DNA of 64,000 nt from Candidatus Heimdallarchaeota archaeon (GCA_016839945.1 JAEOTE010000090.1:1-64000), one strand, 5' to 3'; positions 41,035 to 51,671 are shown, counted from the stretch's first letter. Notes: generated from the sequence alone by a model not told the origin. Numbers and translations are program-made.

Positions 41035-41120
41035 CTGTTCATATTGCCACTGAACATGTTAAAAATGTTCTTTTATGTTGATTTTTGGTTGTTAAAGTAA
41101 GAAAGAAAAATACTACGAAA

Positions 41121-41870
41121 TTAAGAGCAGGTTACGCATTGGTTATCTCTTTCTATTCTAAATATCTCAAAAGTGTTGTATTTCATATCTATATACAACA
41201 TTTTATTTGTTAACAACTGATCAATGTCTCTAAAAACTATATATTTTATAGCTTCGTTTGCTTCGATAACACCAAACAAGCCTGCTATTGTGCCCATAAC
41301 ACCACCCTCACTTGTTGTCGGATATGAACCAATTTCTGGAATTTCTTTCGAAACACACCTGTAACAAGCTGTTTTTCCAGGCATTACTGTCATCATTTGT
41401 CCTTCAAATTGATATACTCCTCCTATAACAAAAGGAATTCCAAGTTTAACACAAGTATCATTTACTAAAAATTTAGTCTCAAAGTTGTCACTTGCTTCTA
41501 CAATGAAATCAAAATTCGATAAGATTTTTTCTGAATTATCATTAGTAAGAGTAATATTGTACTCTTTAATTTTGATATCTTGATTTAGTTTTGATAACTT
41601 CTGTGAAGCAGATTTAGTTTTAGATTCTCCTACATTAGTCTCTTGATGAAGAATTTGTCTATTTAGATTAGATAGTTCGACTTTATCTTTATCCAATATC
41701 CCTAAATACCCTATTCCTGCGCAAGCTAGATAATACGCAGCACTTGAACCCAAACCACCTAAACCTATAACTAGAACCTTGCTAGTTTTAAGTCTCTCTT
41801 GACCATCTAAACTGAAATTTGTAATTATTATTTGTCTATTGTATTTGTCCTTTTCTTTGTCATTAAGCAT
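41121..41870 (-). CDS. ThiF/MoeB/E1-like adenylyltransferase
   Basis: YNRQI, GLGGLG, D.VELSNLNRQ, SDNF, CYRC and terminal CVTC zinc site. Confidence 0.92.
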   Translation of the reverse strand: MLNDKEKDKYNRQIIITNFSLDGQERLKTSKVLVIGLGGLGSSAAYYLACAGIGYLGILDKDKVELSNLNRQILHQETNVGESKTKSASQKLSKLNQDIKIKEYNITLTNDNSEKILSNFDFIVEASDNFETKFLVNDTCVKLGIPFVIGGVYQFEGQMMTVMPGKTACYRCVSKEIPEIGSYPTTSEGGVMGTIAGLFGVIEANEAIKYIVFRDIDQLLTNKMLYIDMKYNTFEIFRIERDNQCVTCS

Positions 41871-41948
41871 TTTGAATCCTTCTTCGTTTTATTAAAACAC
41901 AATTTTCTTCTTAAAACATTATTTAGGTTTCTACCTTATTAATTTAGT

Positions 41949-42365
41949 TTATATGTTTGATACATATTCCTTCTCAATCATTATGCGAAAATTTTCAATT
42001 TTATCTAGGATCGATTTTGTTTCTTTCTCAATCATTTTAGGAAGTTTTCTAGACTCTAAAGCTTTTTCATAGCATTTAGAGAAATAGTTGAGCTGAAAAA
42101 CCAATTGCACTACTCTTGCATGTTGGAAAACTTGTTCAGGATCTGACACCAATGCTACTTTCAAAGAAATTTCATTTTGTTCTTCTAAACTCAAGTCTAT
42201 ATTTAATCCCTCTTTGTGACAAACATCAAATAATGTGCTTAATAAAAATCTGCCTTTCTTCAAGACTTGTACGAGTTCTTTTGCTATATCAGATAATCCT
42301 GGTACTTCCCTTTTTATAACTTCAGCACTCGTTGTTACACTTCCAAGATGCATGTTTTCACACAT
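41949..42365 (-). CDS. Hypothetical protein
   Basis: 138-aa ATG ORF with its own TTTATAA box upstream. Confidence 0.6.
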   Translation of the reverse strand: MCENMHLGSVTTSAEVIKREVPGLSDIAKELVQVLKKGRFLLSTLFDVCHKEGLNIDLSLEEQNEISLKVALVSDPEQVFQHARVVQLVFQLNYFSKCYEKALESRKLPKMIEKETKSILDKIENFRIMIEKEYVSNI

Positions 42366-42456
42366 AGGATTTTTATGAAAAATACGTTCAAGTTTTTATA
42401 AACATTTTTAGATTTACAATGTTGAAATTTAAAAAAGAAAAAAAAAGAATTATCTT

Positions 42457-44556
42457 TTAAGGTTCTAAAAGCATTCTTAATGTTACAAGAACAGCATCTA
42501 TTTCATTCTTTAATTTTTCAATAGTTTGTTGTCTTTCTCTGAATAACTTTACGTATGATTCTTTAGTCATGCTCTTCTTAACACGATATTCCTGCTGTAA
42601 AGCTCGCAGATTTCTTCTTTCTTCAAAGAGTTTTCTTTCAGAGATTTCAATTTTCTGAACTGAATCCTTGTATCGTCCACCATGTTTCACAAGATTCTCT
42701 TTTGTGACCTTCAAAGATTCTTCTTCAGAGCGTAATCTCTTTTCAAGTTTTGTTCTTAGATCTTTTCCTTCTTTTGCTTTCAGTTTCTTAGCTGCAATCT
42801 TTGCTCTTGTCTCTCTAATTCTCTCTTTAAGCGATAGAACCTCTTCATATTGTTTAACAAACTCTTCAAGTTCATCTACAGGAATGAATTCCTTTTCTTC
42901 TTCCAGTACATATTCCTTGGCAGTTTTTGTTGACCACCTTATTCCTAAATAAATGGCAAAAATTACTCCGACGGATATTACTTGGAAGAAGTAAGTTACC
43001 CACATATTAAAGCCAGAATAATTATAATAAATTACCATTGGAGAGTTATCACTTCCAGAGAATTGTGTAGTTTCAAAATGTAAAATTCTTTTAAACCCCA
43101 AACTGCTAAAAGCGAATTTTACATCATAGCCTGTAAGTGGAATTACTTGATAAGGATCAGCACCTTCGTAAACATATGATTTATAGACTGCACCTTTTGG
43201 TAAGACTATATCTATGTATAGATTATCCACTGTCCAATTTATTATTGAACAAGGTGAGAGTGTTAATTTGTAGTTAATTGATGTTTGTTCCTTAGAAAGA
43301 AATGTTTCCATTGGAACTTTGTAAACTATTGTAAAAGTCATTTGTTCTCCATGGAATAAGGGGTAACGTGGAAATATTACTAAACCCGGATAGTTTGGAA
43401 AAATAGTGTCTCTAAGATTATACGACCCTCTTTCAAAGAATCCTTGTTCGTCAAGCTGTGAATAAAAGTTCAGTTGCCCAAGTTCGTCTGCAAGTGATAA
43501 GACAGATGAGTTTTGGGGAAGAATTATTACAAAAGCGTTCAAACCAAAAAGCTTAACTTGTGTCATAGGAGAATCACTTGGTCTTTCAGGCCCCAAGAAA
43601 AGGATATTTTGTGTTTCAGTAACTTTGATTAAACCAAGTGGTTCAATTTCGACTTTTCTATAAACTTCTGTTGCTTTGAATAATTTTGTATTAGTTGCTT
43701 CTTCTACCGCTTCACCAGTACTGACTGATTGAGTATAAACATTCATTAACAAATCGTCTTCATAGGATTGAGAATAATTAAACGGTCCTCTAGTTATATT
43801 TGTCCATTTTAATACCCCTGCTGCAGCTTGGGATACATAAATTACATCTGCTGTGTTATTATTTGGAGTTACTGTGTATTCTGCATTGTCAATGAAGTTG
43901 TCATTTCCTTGTTTATTTACCTGCGCTTCTCCTTTAACTAGTGGAATATTATTAATTAGAGGATAAAGCAATTCTCTATAATGAAGAAGTTGCTCACCTG
44001 CTAGTATCTCATAAAAATAAGGGGTAGCAAATTCTATATAACTAACAAGATAATAGTGTGCATCTTTTCCAATGCTTGATTTATCAACATTAAATGGAAC
44101 CATATACGTTGTATAATCATCTGACTTATAGTAACTATAAGTACGTGTAGCATTTTTGAGATTGATATCTCGAAAAGTTTCATTTACTACATGAAATCCA
44201 ATAAAGGAGATATTATCTACATTAATATTCGGGAGAGTATAATTGAAGTAAACAAGAGATTCATTGCCAATAACATTCAATTCAACTGAATCAATTAATG
44301 TGACTACGCCATATTGCTCAAAACTGATTGATCTATTAAAATTTGCTGTTGCATTAAACCCATAAGTGTAGTTTGCAATAGCATTAAACTTAACATTGCT
44401 AATTGGAGATATGGGAGTATTATTCATTACACTTGGCGGATTTGAATATAGATCAGAATTCGAATTTGCATTGATTACTCCAAACATAGGTAGAAATGAT
44501 ATACCAATAATAAGAAGTATAATCATAGGTAATATTGTGTTTTTGGTTTTTTGCAT
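42457..44556 (-). CDS. Ribophorin I (OST1)-like oligosaccharyltransferase subunit homolog
   Basis: Signal peptide from ATG 44556; luminal domain rich in N-x-S/T; R.VEI...G.I.V.E, D.LG and PRYPLF.G....F.I.Y..P match ribophorin I; single TM; cytosolic coiled coil. Confidence 0.78.
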   Translation of the reverse strand: MQKTKNTILPMIILLIIGISFLPMFGVINANSNSDLYSNPPSVMNNTPISPISNVKFNAIANYTYGFNATANFNRSISFEQYGVVTLIDSVELNVIGNESLVYFNYTLPNINVDNISFIGFHVVNETFRDINLKNATRTYSYYKSDDYTTYMVPFNVDKSSIGKDAHYYLVSYIEFATPYFYEILAGEQLLHYRELLYPLINNIPLVKGEAQVNKQGNDNFIDNAEYTVTPNNNTADVIYVSQAAAGVLKWTNITRGPFNYSQSYEDDLLMNVYTQSVSTGEAVEEATNTKLFKATEVYRKVEIEPLGLIKVTETQNILFLGPERPSDSPMTQVKLFGLNAFVIILPQNSSVLSLADELGQLNFYSQLDEQGFFERGSYNLRDTIFPNYPGLVIFPRYPLFHGEQMTFTIVYKVPMETFLSKEQTSINYKLTLSPCSIINWTVDNLYIDIVLPKGAVYKSYVYEGADPYQVIPLTGYDVKFAFSSLGFKRILHFETTQFSGSDNSPMVIYYNYSGFNMWVTYFFQVISVGVIFAIYLGIRWSTKTAKEYVLEEEKEFIPVDELEEFVKQYEEVLSLKERIRETRAKIAAKKLKAKEGKDLRTKLEKRLRSEEESLKVTKENLVKHGGRYKDSVQKIEISERKLFEERRNLRALQQEYRVKKSMTKESYVKLFRERQQTIEKLKNEIDAVLVTLRMLLEP

Positions 44557-44713
44557 TAGTAAAACCTCATTTTTTGTAGTCTTGTCCAGAAAGAGGAGGA
44601 ACAATTTTAAATATTTTGGCATAGAAGATTTTTTCAGGTTTTATTTGTTTTTTATTTGCACCTTTTACCATAAGAGTCGGAATGTTTTTGTATTTTTACT
44701 TTCTAAATAGGTT

Positions 44714-45520
44714 GTGTATTCAAAAAAGGTTACAATTGAAGAATTATCTAGTATGATAGATCATACTAATCTTAAGCCATTCACTACAAAAAAAGAAATA
44801 AACAAATTATGTGAAGAAGCAACAAAGTACAATTTCGCAGCTGTTTGCATAAATCCAACAAATGTTTCTTTCTGTCATGAGATTTTAAAGAGAACAAATG
44901 TCGAAGTTGCTACAGTTGTTGGATTCCCTCTTGGTGCAAATATGAGGGAAGTCAAAGCACAGGAAACAAAAGAAGCTGTTAATCTTGGCGCTCAAGAAAT
45001 TGACATGGTTATGAATATTGGTAGTTTTAGAGACAAAAACTATGATGAAGTTAGTAAAGATATTCAAGCAGTGGTAAATGCTGCAGCAGGGAACATTGTC
45101 AAAGTTATATTGGAAACTGGATTTTTAACAGATGATCAAATAGTTAAAGCTTGTGAAATAGTAAAAGATTCAGGAGCTCATTTCGTTAAAACATCCACTG
45201 GTTTTGGTCCTATGGGAGCTTTTTATGATCATATTCTTCTAATGAGACAAACTGTAGGTACTGATTTTGGAGTCAAAGCTGCAGGCGGAATAAAAGATGC
45301 TAGAACTGCAGTTAGATTAGTTAATGCAGGGGCTAATAGACTTGGTGCTAGCGCGGGTGTTGCAATAATAAATTCTTTAGCAAAAATAGAAGAAGAAGGC
45401 AGTTGGTTTGACGCAACAGAAGACAAACCTATGGGTATTTATTCATTTGGAGCTGCTGATCCAAAAAAACAACCTAAAGATGTTTACGATTTTTATATAA
45501 GAAAAAAGGAAGAATATTAG
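44714..45520 (+). CDS. deoC: Deoxyribose-phosphate aldolase
   Basis: IDHT.LKP, VVGFPLG, EIDMV, KVILE, FVKTSTGF, VKAAGGI, RLGAS; ~45-aa C-terminal extension. Confidence 0.95.
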   Translation: MYSKKVTIEELSSMIDHTNLKPFTTKKEINKLCEEATKYNFAAVCINPTNVSFCHEILKRTNVEVATVVGFPLGANMREVKAQETKEAVNLGAQEIDMVMNIGSFRDKNYDEVSKDIQAVVNAAAGNIVKVILETGFLTDDQIVKACEIVKDSGAHFVKTSTGFGPMGAFYDHILLMRQTVGTDFGVKAAGGIKDARTAVRLVNAGANRLGASAGVAIINSLAKIEEEGSWFDATEDKPMGIYSFGAADPKKQPKDVYDFYIRKKEEY

Positions 45521-45544
45521 AAAGGACTTAGAAGAGAGAATAAG

Positions 45545-48241
45545 ATGAAGCGATTTGACGATAGAAAGCTAAAGCCAAAATTAACACCTATGATGCAACA
45601 ATGGCAGCAAATTAAGAACCAAAATCCTGAGTATGTGCTCTTTTTTAGAGCAGGAGATTTTTATGAATGTTTTAATGAAGATGCAAAAATCGCTTCAGAT
45701 GTTCTGAATATAACGCTAACAGCTAAACCTATTGGTGAGAGAAAAATACCTCTAGCAGGAGTTCCTTATCATGCAGTAGATTCCTATATAGCAAAAATGG
45801 TTCAAAATGGATATAAGGTTGCTATTGTTGAGCAATTAGAAGATCCTAAAACTGCAAAAAAAGTGGTTAAAAGAGGTGTTGTTCAGTTAGTAACAAGAGG
45901 AACTATAACTTTACCAGAATCACTTGGAAAAGGACAAAACAATTATTTGATTGGATTAGCTAAAGAGGAATCTATATTGGGAATTTCTGCTTTAGATCTA
46001 TCAACAGGAGAGTTTTTAGTTGCTGATTTTGAAAACGAAAATGCTCTGGGTTTATTAGAAGTTGAGTTGACACGCTTAAATCCATCTGAAATCTTAGTTG
46101 AAAATGAGTTATGGAAGTTTTTAGATTTCTATCATGATGAACAAAATTGTACAATAACTCATGGAGATGATTATTATTTTGATATTGAACAAGGAAAGAA
46201 AGATCTACGCGAGACTTTTGATGTCTTAAGTCTAGAAGGTTTCGGAGTTGATGAACATACACCTTCTATCGGTGCGGCAGGAGCAATTTTGAGATATATT
46301 AAGGAAACACAGAAACGAGAAGATTTTCCAAATATTACAAAAATTAGCCAAATAAGAAGTCAGGAATTTATGACGCTTGACTCAAGCACCATAAGAAATT
46401 TGGAATTAATTGAAAACTTACGTGATAGGAAAAACTACGGAACATTACGACAGATATTAGATAACACAAAAAATCCAATTGGATCACGTCTATTAATCTC
46501 GTGGATTCTTCGACCAAGTTTAAATCCAACAACGATACAAGGAAGACTTGATGCAACAGAAGAGCTTTTTGAGGATATTATTCTAAGAGAAGAGTTTCGT
46601 GATATTCTAGGTAAAATGAGTGATTTGGAAAGGATAACAAGTCGAATTTGTTTGGGGAGAAGCAATCCAAGAGATTTGTTAGCTCTTAAAAATTCTCTTG
46701 AATTAATTCCTGAAATCCAGAATAATTTATCAAAGTTCAAAACTGTTCTTCTTAAAGAAATAAGGAAAAAACTTAATCCGCTGAAAGAAGTAACAAGCAT
46801 TATTGAAACAGGAATAGCAGATGAGGTTCCTACATCTGTTAAAGATGGTGGAGTAATAAGGGATGGTTATAACCAAGAATTAGATGAATTAAGAACAATT
46901 CAAAGAAGTGGTAAATCATTTTTATCAACTCTAGAGGCTAGGGAAAAAGCTAATACTGGCATAAAGAATCTAAAAGTTCGCTACAACAAAGTTTTTGGTT
47001 ACTATATAGAAGTCCCAAAAGCATCAACTAACAAAGTTCCAGCTGGGTATGAAAGGAAACAAACGCTAGTAAATGCTGAAAGATATATTACCCCAGAATT
47101 AAAGGAATATGAAGAAAAAATATTGAATGCAGAAGAAAAAATACTGGTTTTAGAAGAGCAGCTGTTTAATGATATACTGCAGGAAATAGCACAGTTTGCT
47201 AGTTCTATTCAACAAAACGCATATTATTGTGCAATTTTGGACGTGATTACAACTTTTGCTCAAAATGCTGTATATTATAATTATGTTAAACCAGAGATAA
47301 CAGAAGATGAAATAATAGATATAAAAGATGGACGCCATCCAGTTGTGGAACAGCTTTTAGAACATTCTAGTTTTGTTCCAAATGATACCGTTATAAAAAA
47401 GGAAAATGAGAGAATCCTGATTATAACTGGTCCAAATATGGGTGGTAAATCAACTATATTACGACAAGTTGCATTAATTGTGTTAATGGCACAAATTGGT
47501 AGTTTTATTCCAGCAAAGCAAGCTAAAATCGGTTTGACAGATAGGATTTTTACTCGAATCGGAGCTCATGATGTTCTAGTGGAGCATCGTTCAACGTTCA
47601 TGGTTGAAATGTATGAATGTGCAAATATTCTCAATAATGCAACAGAGAAGAGCTTAGTAATTCTTGATGAAGTAGGTAGAGGAACTTCAACATTTGATGG
47701 TGTGGCAATAGCTTGGTCTATATCAGAATTCTTGCATAATAATATTGGTAAAAATGGTCCTAGAACACTCTTTGCTACTCATTATCATGAATTAATTGAA
47801 CTAGAAGAATTACTCCCTAGAGTCAAAAATTATCACGTTTCGGTTAAGAACATAGATGGTGACATACATTTCTTATACAAAGTTAAGGAAGGAGGTATTA
47901 ATGAGAGCTTTGGGATTCATGTCGCTTCTTTAGCAGGATTACCTGAGAAGGTGATAGATGATGCAAATGAAATGCTTTCAATTCTTCATGATCAGGATGA
48001 AAAAAAGGAGCTACAATCTTTTGATAAAGAATCAATATTAGCACCTATGAGAATAGAAAAAAGCAAAGAAAAACAAGATACATCTCTGCAACACATTGAA
48101 AAAACTGAAGAGATTATGAAAGATCTATCAGATATTAGTATTGAAGAAATGGCTCCCGTAGAAGCGCTAAATATACTAAACCAGCTTGTTAGAAAAAGCA
48201 AGAAAATACTTAAAGAAAAAGGGAAGAACAGTAAGGAGTAA
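45545..48241 (+). CDS. mutS: DNA mismatch repair protein MutS
   Basis: TPMMQQ, GDFYECF mismatch-binding motif, GRHPVVE, TGPNMGGKST, STFMVE, DEVGRGT, FATHYHEL. Confidence 0.97.
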   Translation: MKRFDDRKLKPKLTPMMQQWQQIKNQNPEYVLFFRAGDFYECFNEDAKIASDVLNITLTAKPIGERKIPLAGVPYHAVDSYIAKMVQNGYKVAIVEQLEDPKTAKKVVKRGVVQLVTRGTITLPESLGKGQNNYLIGLAKEESILGISALDLSTGEFLVADFENENALGLLEVELTRLNPSEILVENELWKFLDFYHDEQNCTITHGDDYYFDIEQGKKDLRETFDVLSLEGFGVDEHTPSIGAAGAILRYIKETQKREDFPNITKISQIRSQEFMTLDSSTIRNLELIENLRDRKNYGTLRQILDNTKNPIGSRLLISWILRPSLNPTTIQGRLDATEELFEDIILREEFRDILGKMSDLERITSRICLGRSNPRDLLALKNSLELIPEIQNNLSKFKTVLLKEIRKKLNPLKEVTSIIETGIADEVPTSVKDGGVIRDGYNQELDELRTIQRSGKSFLSTLEAREKANTGIKNLKVRYNKVFGYYIEVPKASTNKVPAGYERKQTLVNAERYITPELKEYEEKILNAEEKILVLEEQLFNDILQEIAQFASSIQQNAYYCAILDVITTFAQNAVYYNYVKPEITEDEIIDIKDGRHPVVEQLLEHSSFVPNDTVIKKENERILIITGPNMGGKSTILRQVALIVLMAQIGSFIPAKQAKIGLTDRIFTRIGAHDVLVEHRSTFMVEMYECANILNNATEKSLVILDEVGRGTSTFDGVAIAWSISEFLHNNIGKNGPRTLFATHYHELIELEELLPRVKNYHVSVKNIDGDIHFLYKVKEGGINESFGIHVASLAGLPEKVIDDANEMLSILHDQDEKKELQSFDKESILAPMRIEKSKEKQDTSLQHIEKTEEIMKDLSDISIEEMAPVEALNILNQLVRKSKKILKEKGKNSKE

Positions 48242-48274
48242 TCATTGTTTAATAAAATATCATATTGTGGTTTC

Positions 48275-50107
48275 ATGGAATCAAAAATTATCAAACTTGA
48301 TAAACTTACAATTAATAAAATTGCAGCAGGAGAAGTTATTGAACGTCCTGCTTCTGTTGTTAAAGAACTTGTAGAAAATTCTATTGATGCTGGTAGTTCC
48401 GAGATAACAATAAATATACAAGAAGGGGGGAAGAAACTGATAGAAGTAATTGACAATGGATCAGGTATGACACATGATGATGTTTTACTTGCAGTTCAAC
48501 GATATTCAACAAGCAAAATTAAAGAAGCAGATGATTTGTTCTCTATCAATACATTAGGTTTTCGAGGAGAAGCTTTAGCTAGTATTGTAAGTGTAGGAAT
48601 GGTTGAGATAACAACAAAAGTGAAGAAACAAGATCTAGGAACACAGTTAGTAATAGAAGGAGGAGACATCAAATCTGATAGTAACATTTCAACAACTTCT
48701 GGTACAAGAATTATGATTAAGAATCTTTTTTTTAATGTGCCAGTAAGAAGAAAATTCCTAAAATCAATCAATACAGAAATGAATCATATTACAGAATTTA
48801 TTACCAAATATGCATTAGCATATCCTGACATCTCCTTTTCTCTTACTCACAATGGGAAAACAGTGATATCATCACCAAAAGGAAATTTAATCACTCAAAT
48901 CACAGAGATTTTTGGAAAGAATATTGCTAAGGGATGTTTAACAATAAAAAATCAAGAAAATGGATACACCATCAAAGGTTTTATCACCAAACCGGAATTA
49001 TCACGGAAATCAAAAGATTATATGTACACATTTGTAAATGGTCGGCCTATTTCAAATAAAACACTTAATGACTCAATTATTCAAGGTTATGGGACATCTA
49101 TTCCCCATGGAAGGTACCCAATTGTTTTTACATTTCTAGATCTTCCCTTAGACGAACTAGACGTTAATGTCCACCCTACAAAAAAAGAAGTTAGATTTAG
49201 CCAAGAAACCAAGATATTCAGTTTAGTGGAAACTGCTATTGGTGAAGCTCTACAAGCAAGTGGTTTGAAAATCTTTGAAAGGGTAACTGAAACAAAAGCT
49301 CAACCTACTTTGTTTCAAGAATTAAAACCGCAAGAAAAAAGAAAAATTGGTGATAAAACAGTGATTCAACCATCTTTTGTATCAAAGATGGATACGTCTC
49401 CTAAACCAGATACACGGATAATATCTAGCAAATCTCAAGTTATTGAGGATTTTCTACCAATAGAAAAAGTATCAAAACCAGAACTTCCCGCTGCAAAGGC
49501 AAAGACAAGAGAAATCAGAGTTATTGGAATATTAAAAGACACATACATAATTGCTGAAATTCAAGAAGGGTTGTTTCTATGCGATCAACATGCTGCCCAT
49601 GAAAAGATAAATTATGTAAAATACCTAAATCAATTACGTAATAATAACGTTAAAATTCAACAACTCCTTTCTCCGGTGAATATTGATCTAAAACCTTCTG
49701 AATTTGAAATTGTCAAAGAAATCATTTCTGAACTAAACAAATTTGGATTTGAAGTAGAAATCTTTGGTAAAAATGAACTAATAATTAGAGCTATTCCATC
49801 AATAATGAAAACAACTATTTCTTATGATGTTGCAAAAGATATTGTTGATATTTTCAAGGAGCATGTATCTGAAATTAAGAAAGAGATGGAATTTAAAGAC
49901 TTAATTTTCATTAAAGACATAATATCAGTATTTGCTTGTAGAAGATCTATAAAAGCAGGAGATCGTATCACTTTAAATCAAGCTGAAAAACTCATTTCTG
50001 AATTGTTAGCATTAGATGAGCCTTTCACTTGCCCTCATGGTCGTCCTACTATAATAATCTTAAATGAGAAATATATTGAAGAGTTATTTCAACGTGATTA
50101 CAGATAA
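48275..50107 (+). CDS. mutL: DNA mismatch repair endonuclease MutL
   Basis: KIAAGEVIERP, ENSIDA, DNG.G, GFRGEAL, DVNVHP.K.EV, DQHAAHE, ACR, CPHGRP; ATG 48275 preferred over TTG 48245. Confidence 0.97.
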   Translation: MESKIIKLDKLTINKIAAGEVIERPASVVKELVENSIDAGSSEITINIQEGGKKLIEVIDNGSGMTHDDVLLAVQRYSTSKIKEADDLFSINTLGFRGEALASIVSVGMVEITTKVKKQDLGTQLVIEGGDIKSDSNISTTSGTRIMIKNLFFNVPVRRKFLKSINTEMNHITEFITKYALAYPDISFSLTHNGKTVISSPKGNLITQITEIFGKNIAKGCLTIKNQENGYTIKGFITKPELSRKSKDYMYTFVNGRPISNKTLNDSIIQGYGTSIPHGRYPIVFTFLDLPLDELDVNVHPTKKEVRFSQETKIFSLVETAIGEALQASGLKIFERVTETKAQPTLFQELKPQEKRKIGDKTVIQPSFVSKMDTSPKPDTRIISSKSQVIEDFLPIEKVSKPELPAAKAKTREIRVIGILKDTYIIAEIQEGLFLCDQHAAHEKINYVKYLNQLRNNNVKIQQLLSPVNIDLKPSEFEIVKEIISELNKFGFEVEIFGKNELIIRAIPSIMKTTISYDVAKDIVDIFKEHVSEIKKEMEFKDLIFIKDIISVFACRRSIKAGDRITLNQAEKLISELLALDEPFTCPHGRPTIIILNEKYIEELFQRDYR

Positions 50108-50121
50108 AGGATGAATAAGAA

Positions 50122-50415
50122 ATGATGAAGAAATTTAGGATAGATTTGAAAAAAGGAAAAATACAATTGAATCAAGCTTTAAGCATACATTTGATTATGA
50201 TAATAGTCACTATTCTTGCTTTTGCAATTTTCTTATCCATACAACAATTTTTGTACTCTTTCGAGGATTTTATTGCGAAAATCATTATCATAGATGTACT
50301 TCTTGGAGTAGGAATATTACTGGAAATAATTACTTTTATCTGGAGAGTTCGCAATCTACAACTAAAAAATAAAGAAAGCATTACATCTACAGAAGAAAAA
50401 GAAGAAAAGGAATAA
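50122..50415 (+). CDS. Small 2-TM membrane protein
   Basis: Two hydrophobic helices; co-oriented directly after mutL. Confidence 0.55.
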   Translation: MMKKFRIDLKKGKIQLNQALSIHLIMIIVTILAFAIFLSIQQFLYSFEDFIAKIIIIDVLLGVGILLEIITFIWRVRNLQLKNKESITSTEEKEEKE

Positions 50416-50457
50416 GGATAGAACAATCCTCTACTTTTCAAAACTATAATGGATTCT

Positions 50458-50847
50458 TTATAGCTTATCACCATACAATTCTTTTATTTGCTGAGGTGTA
50501 AGCATAACAGGTATGCCTTCTTTTATATCGTAAACATGCTCTTCATTTTCTGAACAAATAAGTCTTCCTTTTTTTATTTCTAATTGGAAACAGTTTTCAC
50601 AATCTTTTTTCGAAACATGTTTTTTTATTTCATCAATCACTTTAGTTTCTTCTGTTAAGTCTTCATTGATATTAACAAGAAAGTATTTTTTATAATCACA
50701 ATAATAACTACAAACAACTTTGGTAAGAGGATTTTCCATGGGAATTGGGATTTTCTCTGATTCTTCCTCTTTTTCTTCAATTTCAAGCTTTAAAGGCCAA
50801 GCTTTATCAACTGGACATGCCAATAAATCCATTAATCGATACTTCAT
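50458..50847 (-). CDS. Trm112-like methyltransferase activator
   Basis: MKYRLMDLLACP.DK..PL.L and G.L.C......Y.I.EGIPVML; central CSYYC...CENC insertion. Confidence 0.85.
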   Translation of the reverse strand: MKYRLMDLLACPVDKAWPLKLEIEEKEEESEKIPIPMENPLTKVVCSYYCDYKKYFLVNINEDLTEETKVIDEIKKHVSKKDCENCFQLEIKKGRLICSENEEHVYDIKEGIPVMLTPQQIKELYGDKL

Positions 50848-50930
50848 ACAAACACACGTCTTGTTAAGCAATTTTAAAGTATAATCCCTTTATTTTAATT
50901 GGTTATAAATTTATTTCATTTATTGGGAGA

Positions 50931-51671
50931 TTATTTCATTAGCTTTGTTATCTCCTCATGGTTAAGTTTTTCATAACGTTCTATAGAACCGATATCATCC
51001 CAATAACAATCATCAGGGATATAAGCCATAACATTGTTTTTTTCAACAAAATATGGAAAAATATCTTTTGATAGATCAATGCTTTTTGTGCTATCAAACT
51101 CTTCAAGAAAATTAAATACAGTTGGCTCTATTATACTGATTCCTGTATTTACTAAAAGAGGTAATTTAGGTTTTTCAACAAATTTTGTAACTCTTTTTTC
51201 CTCATCTATTTCAGCTATTCCAACACGCAAATCCCAACCTTCGGTAACTAAAATTGAAGCCCATTTTCCATGTTTTAAGTGAAAATTCAACATATCTGTA
51301 AAATTGACATTTGTGATTATATCAGAGTAAAAAATAATTATGCGTCTGTTGCCAATAATATCTTTAGCATTCAAAAGAGCTGTGCCAGTTCCTTTAGGTC
51401 CAGGTTTGTCTACAACATAGCTGAGATTCATCCCCCATTTTTCTCCATTTCCAAAGTAACCCTGAATTTGTTCTTTCTTATAATTTACTAGTAATATTAA
51501 ATCCTTTATACCATGTTTCTTAAAATGAGTAATTACATATTCCAGAATAGGAAGTTGGTCTTTACCTATGGGAACCATGACTTTTTGCATGTAATAGGTA
51601 AGAGGGCGCATTCTTGTTCCTTCTCCACCACAAAAAAGAATTCCAACTGTTTCTGTCATTTCAAATATCAA
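50931..51671 (-). CDS. NDP-sugar pyrophosphorylase family nucleotidyltransferase
   Basis: GGEGTRMRPLT....K.M.PIG, GTG.AL, F.EKP, NTGI, W.DIG. Confidence 0.92.
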   Translation of the reverse strand: MIFEMTETVGILFCGGEGTRMRPLTYYMQKVMVPIGKDQLPILEYVITHFKKHGIKDLILLVNYKKEQIQGYFGNGEKWGMNLSYVVDKPGPKGTGTALLNAKDIIGNRRIIIFYSDIITNVNFTDMLNFHLKHGKWASILVTEGWDLRVGIAEIDEEKRVTKFVEKPKLPLLVNTGISIIEPTVFNFLEEFDSTKSIDLSKDIFPYFVEKNNVMAYIPDDCYWDDIGSIERYEKLNHEEITKLMK

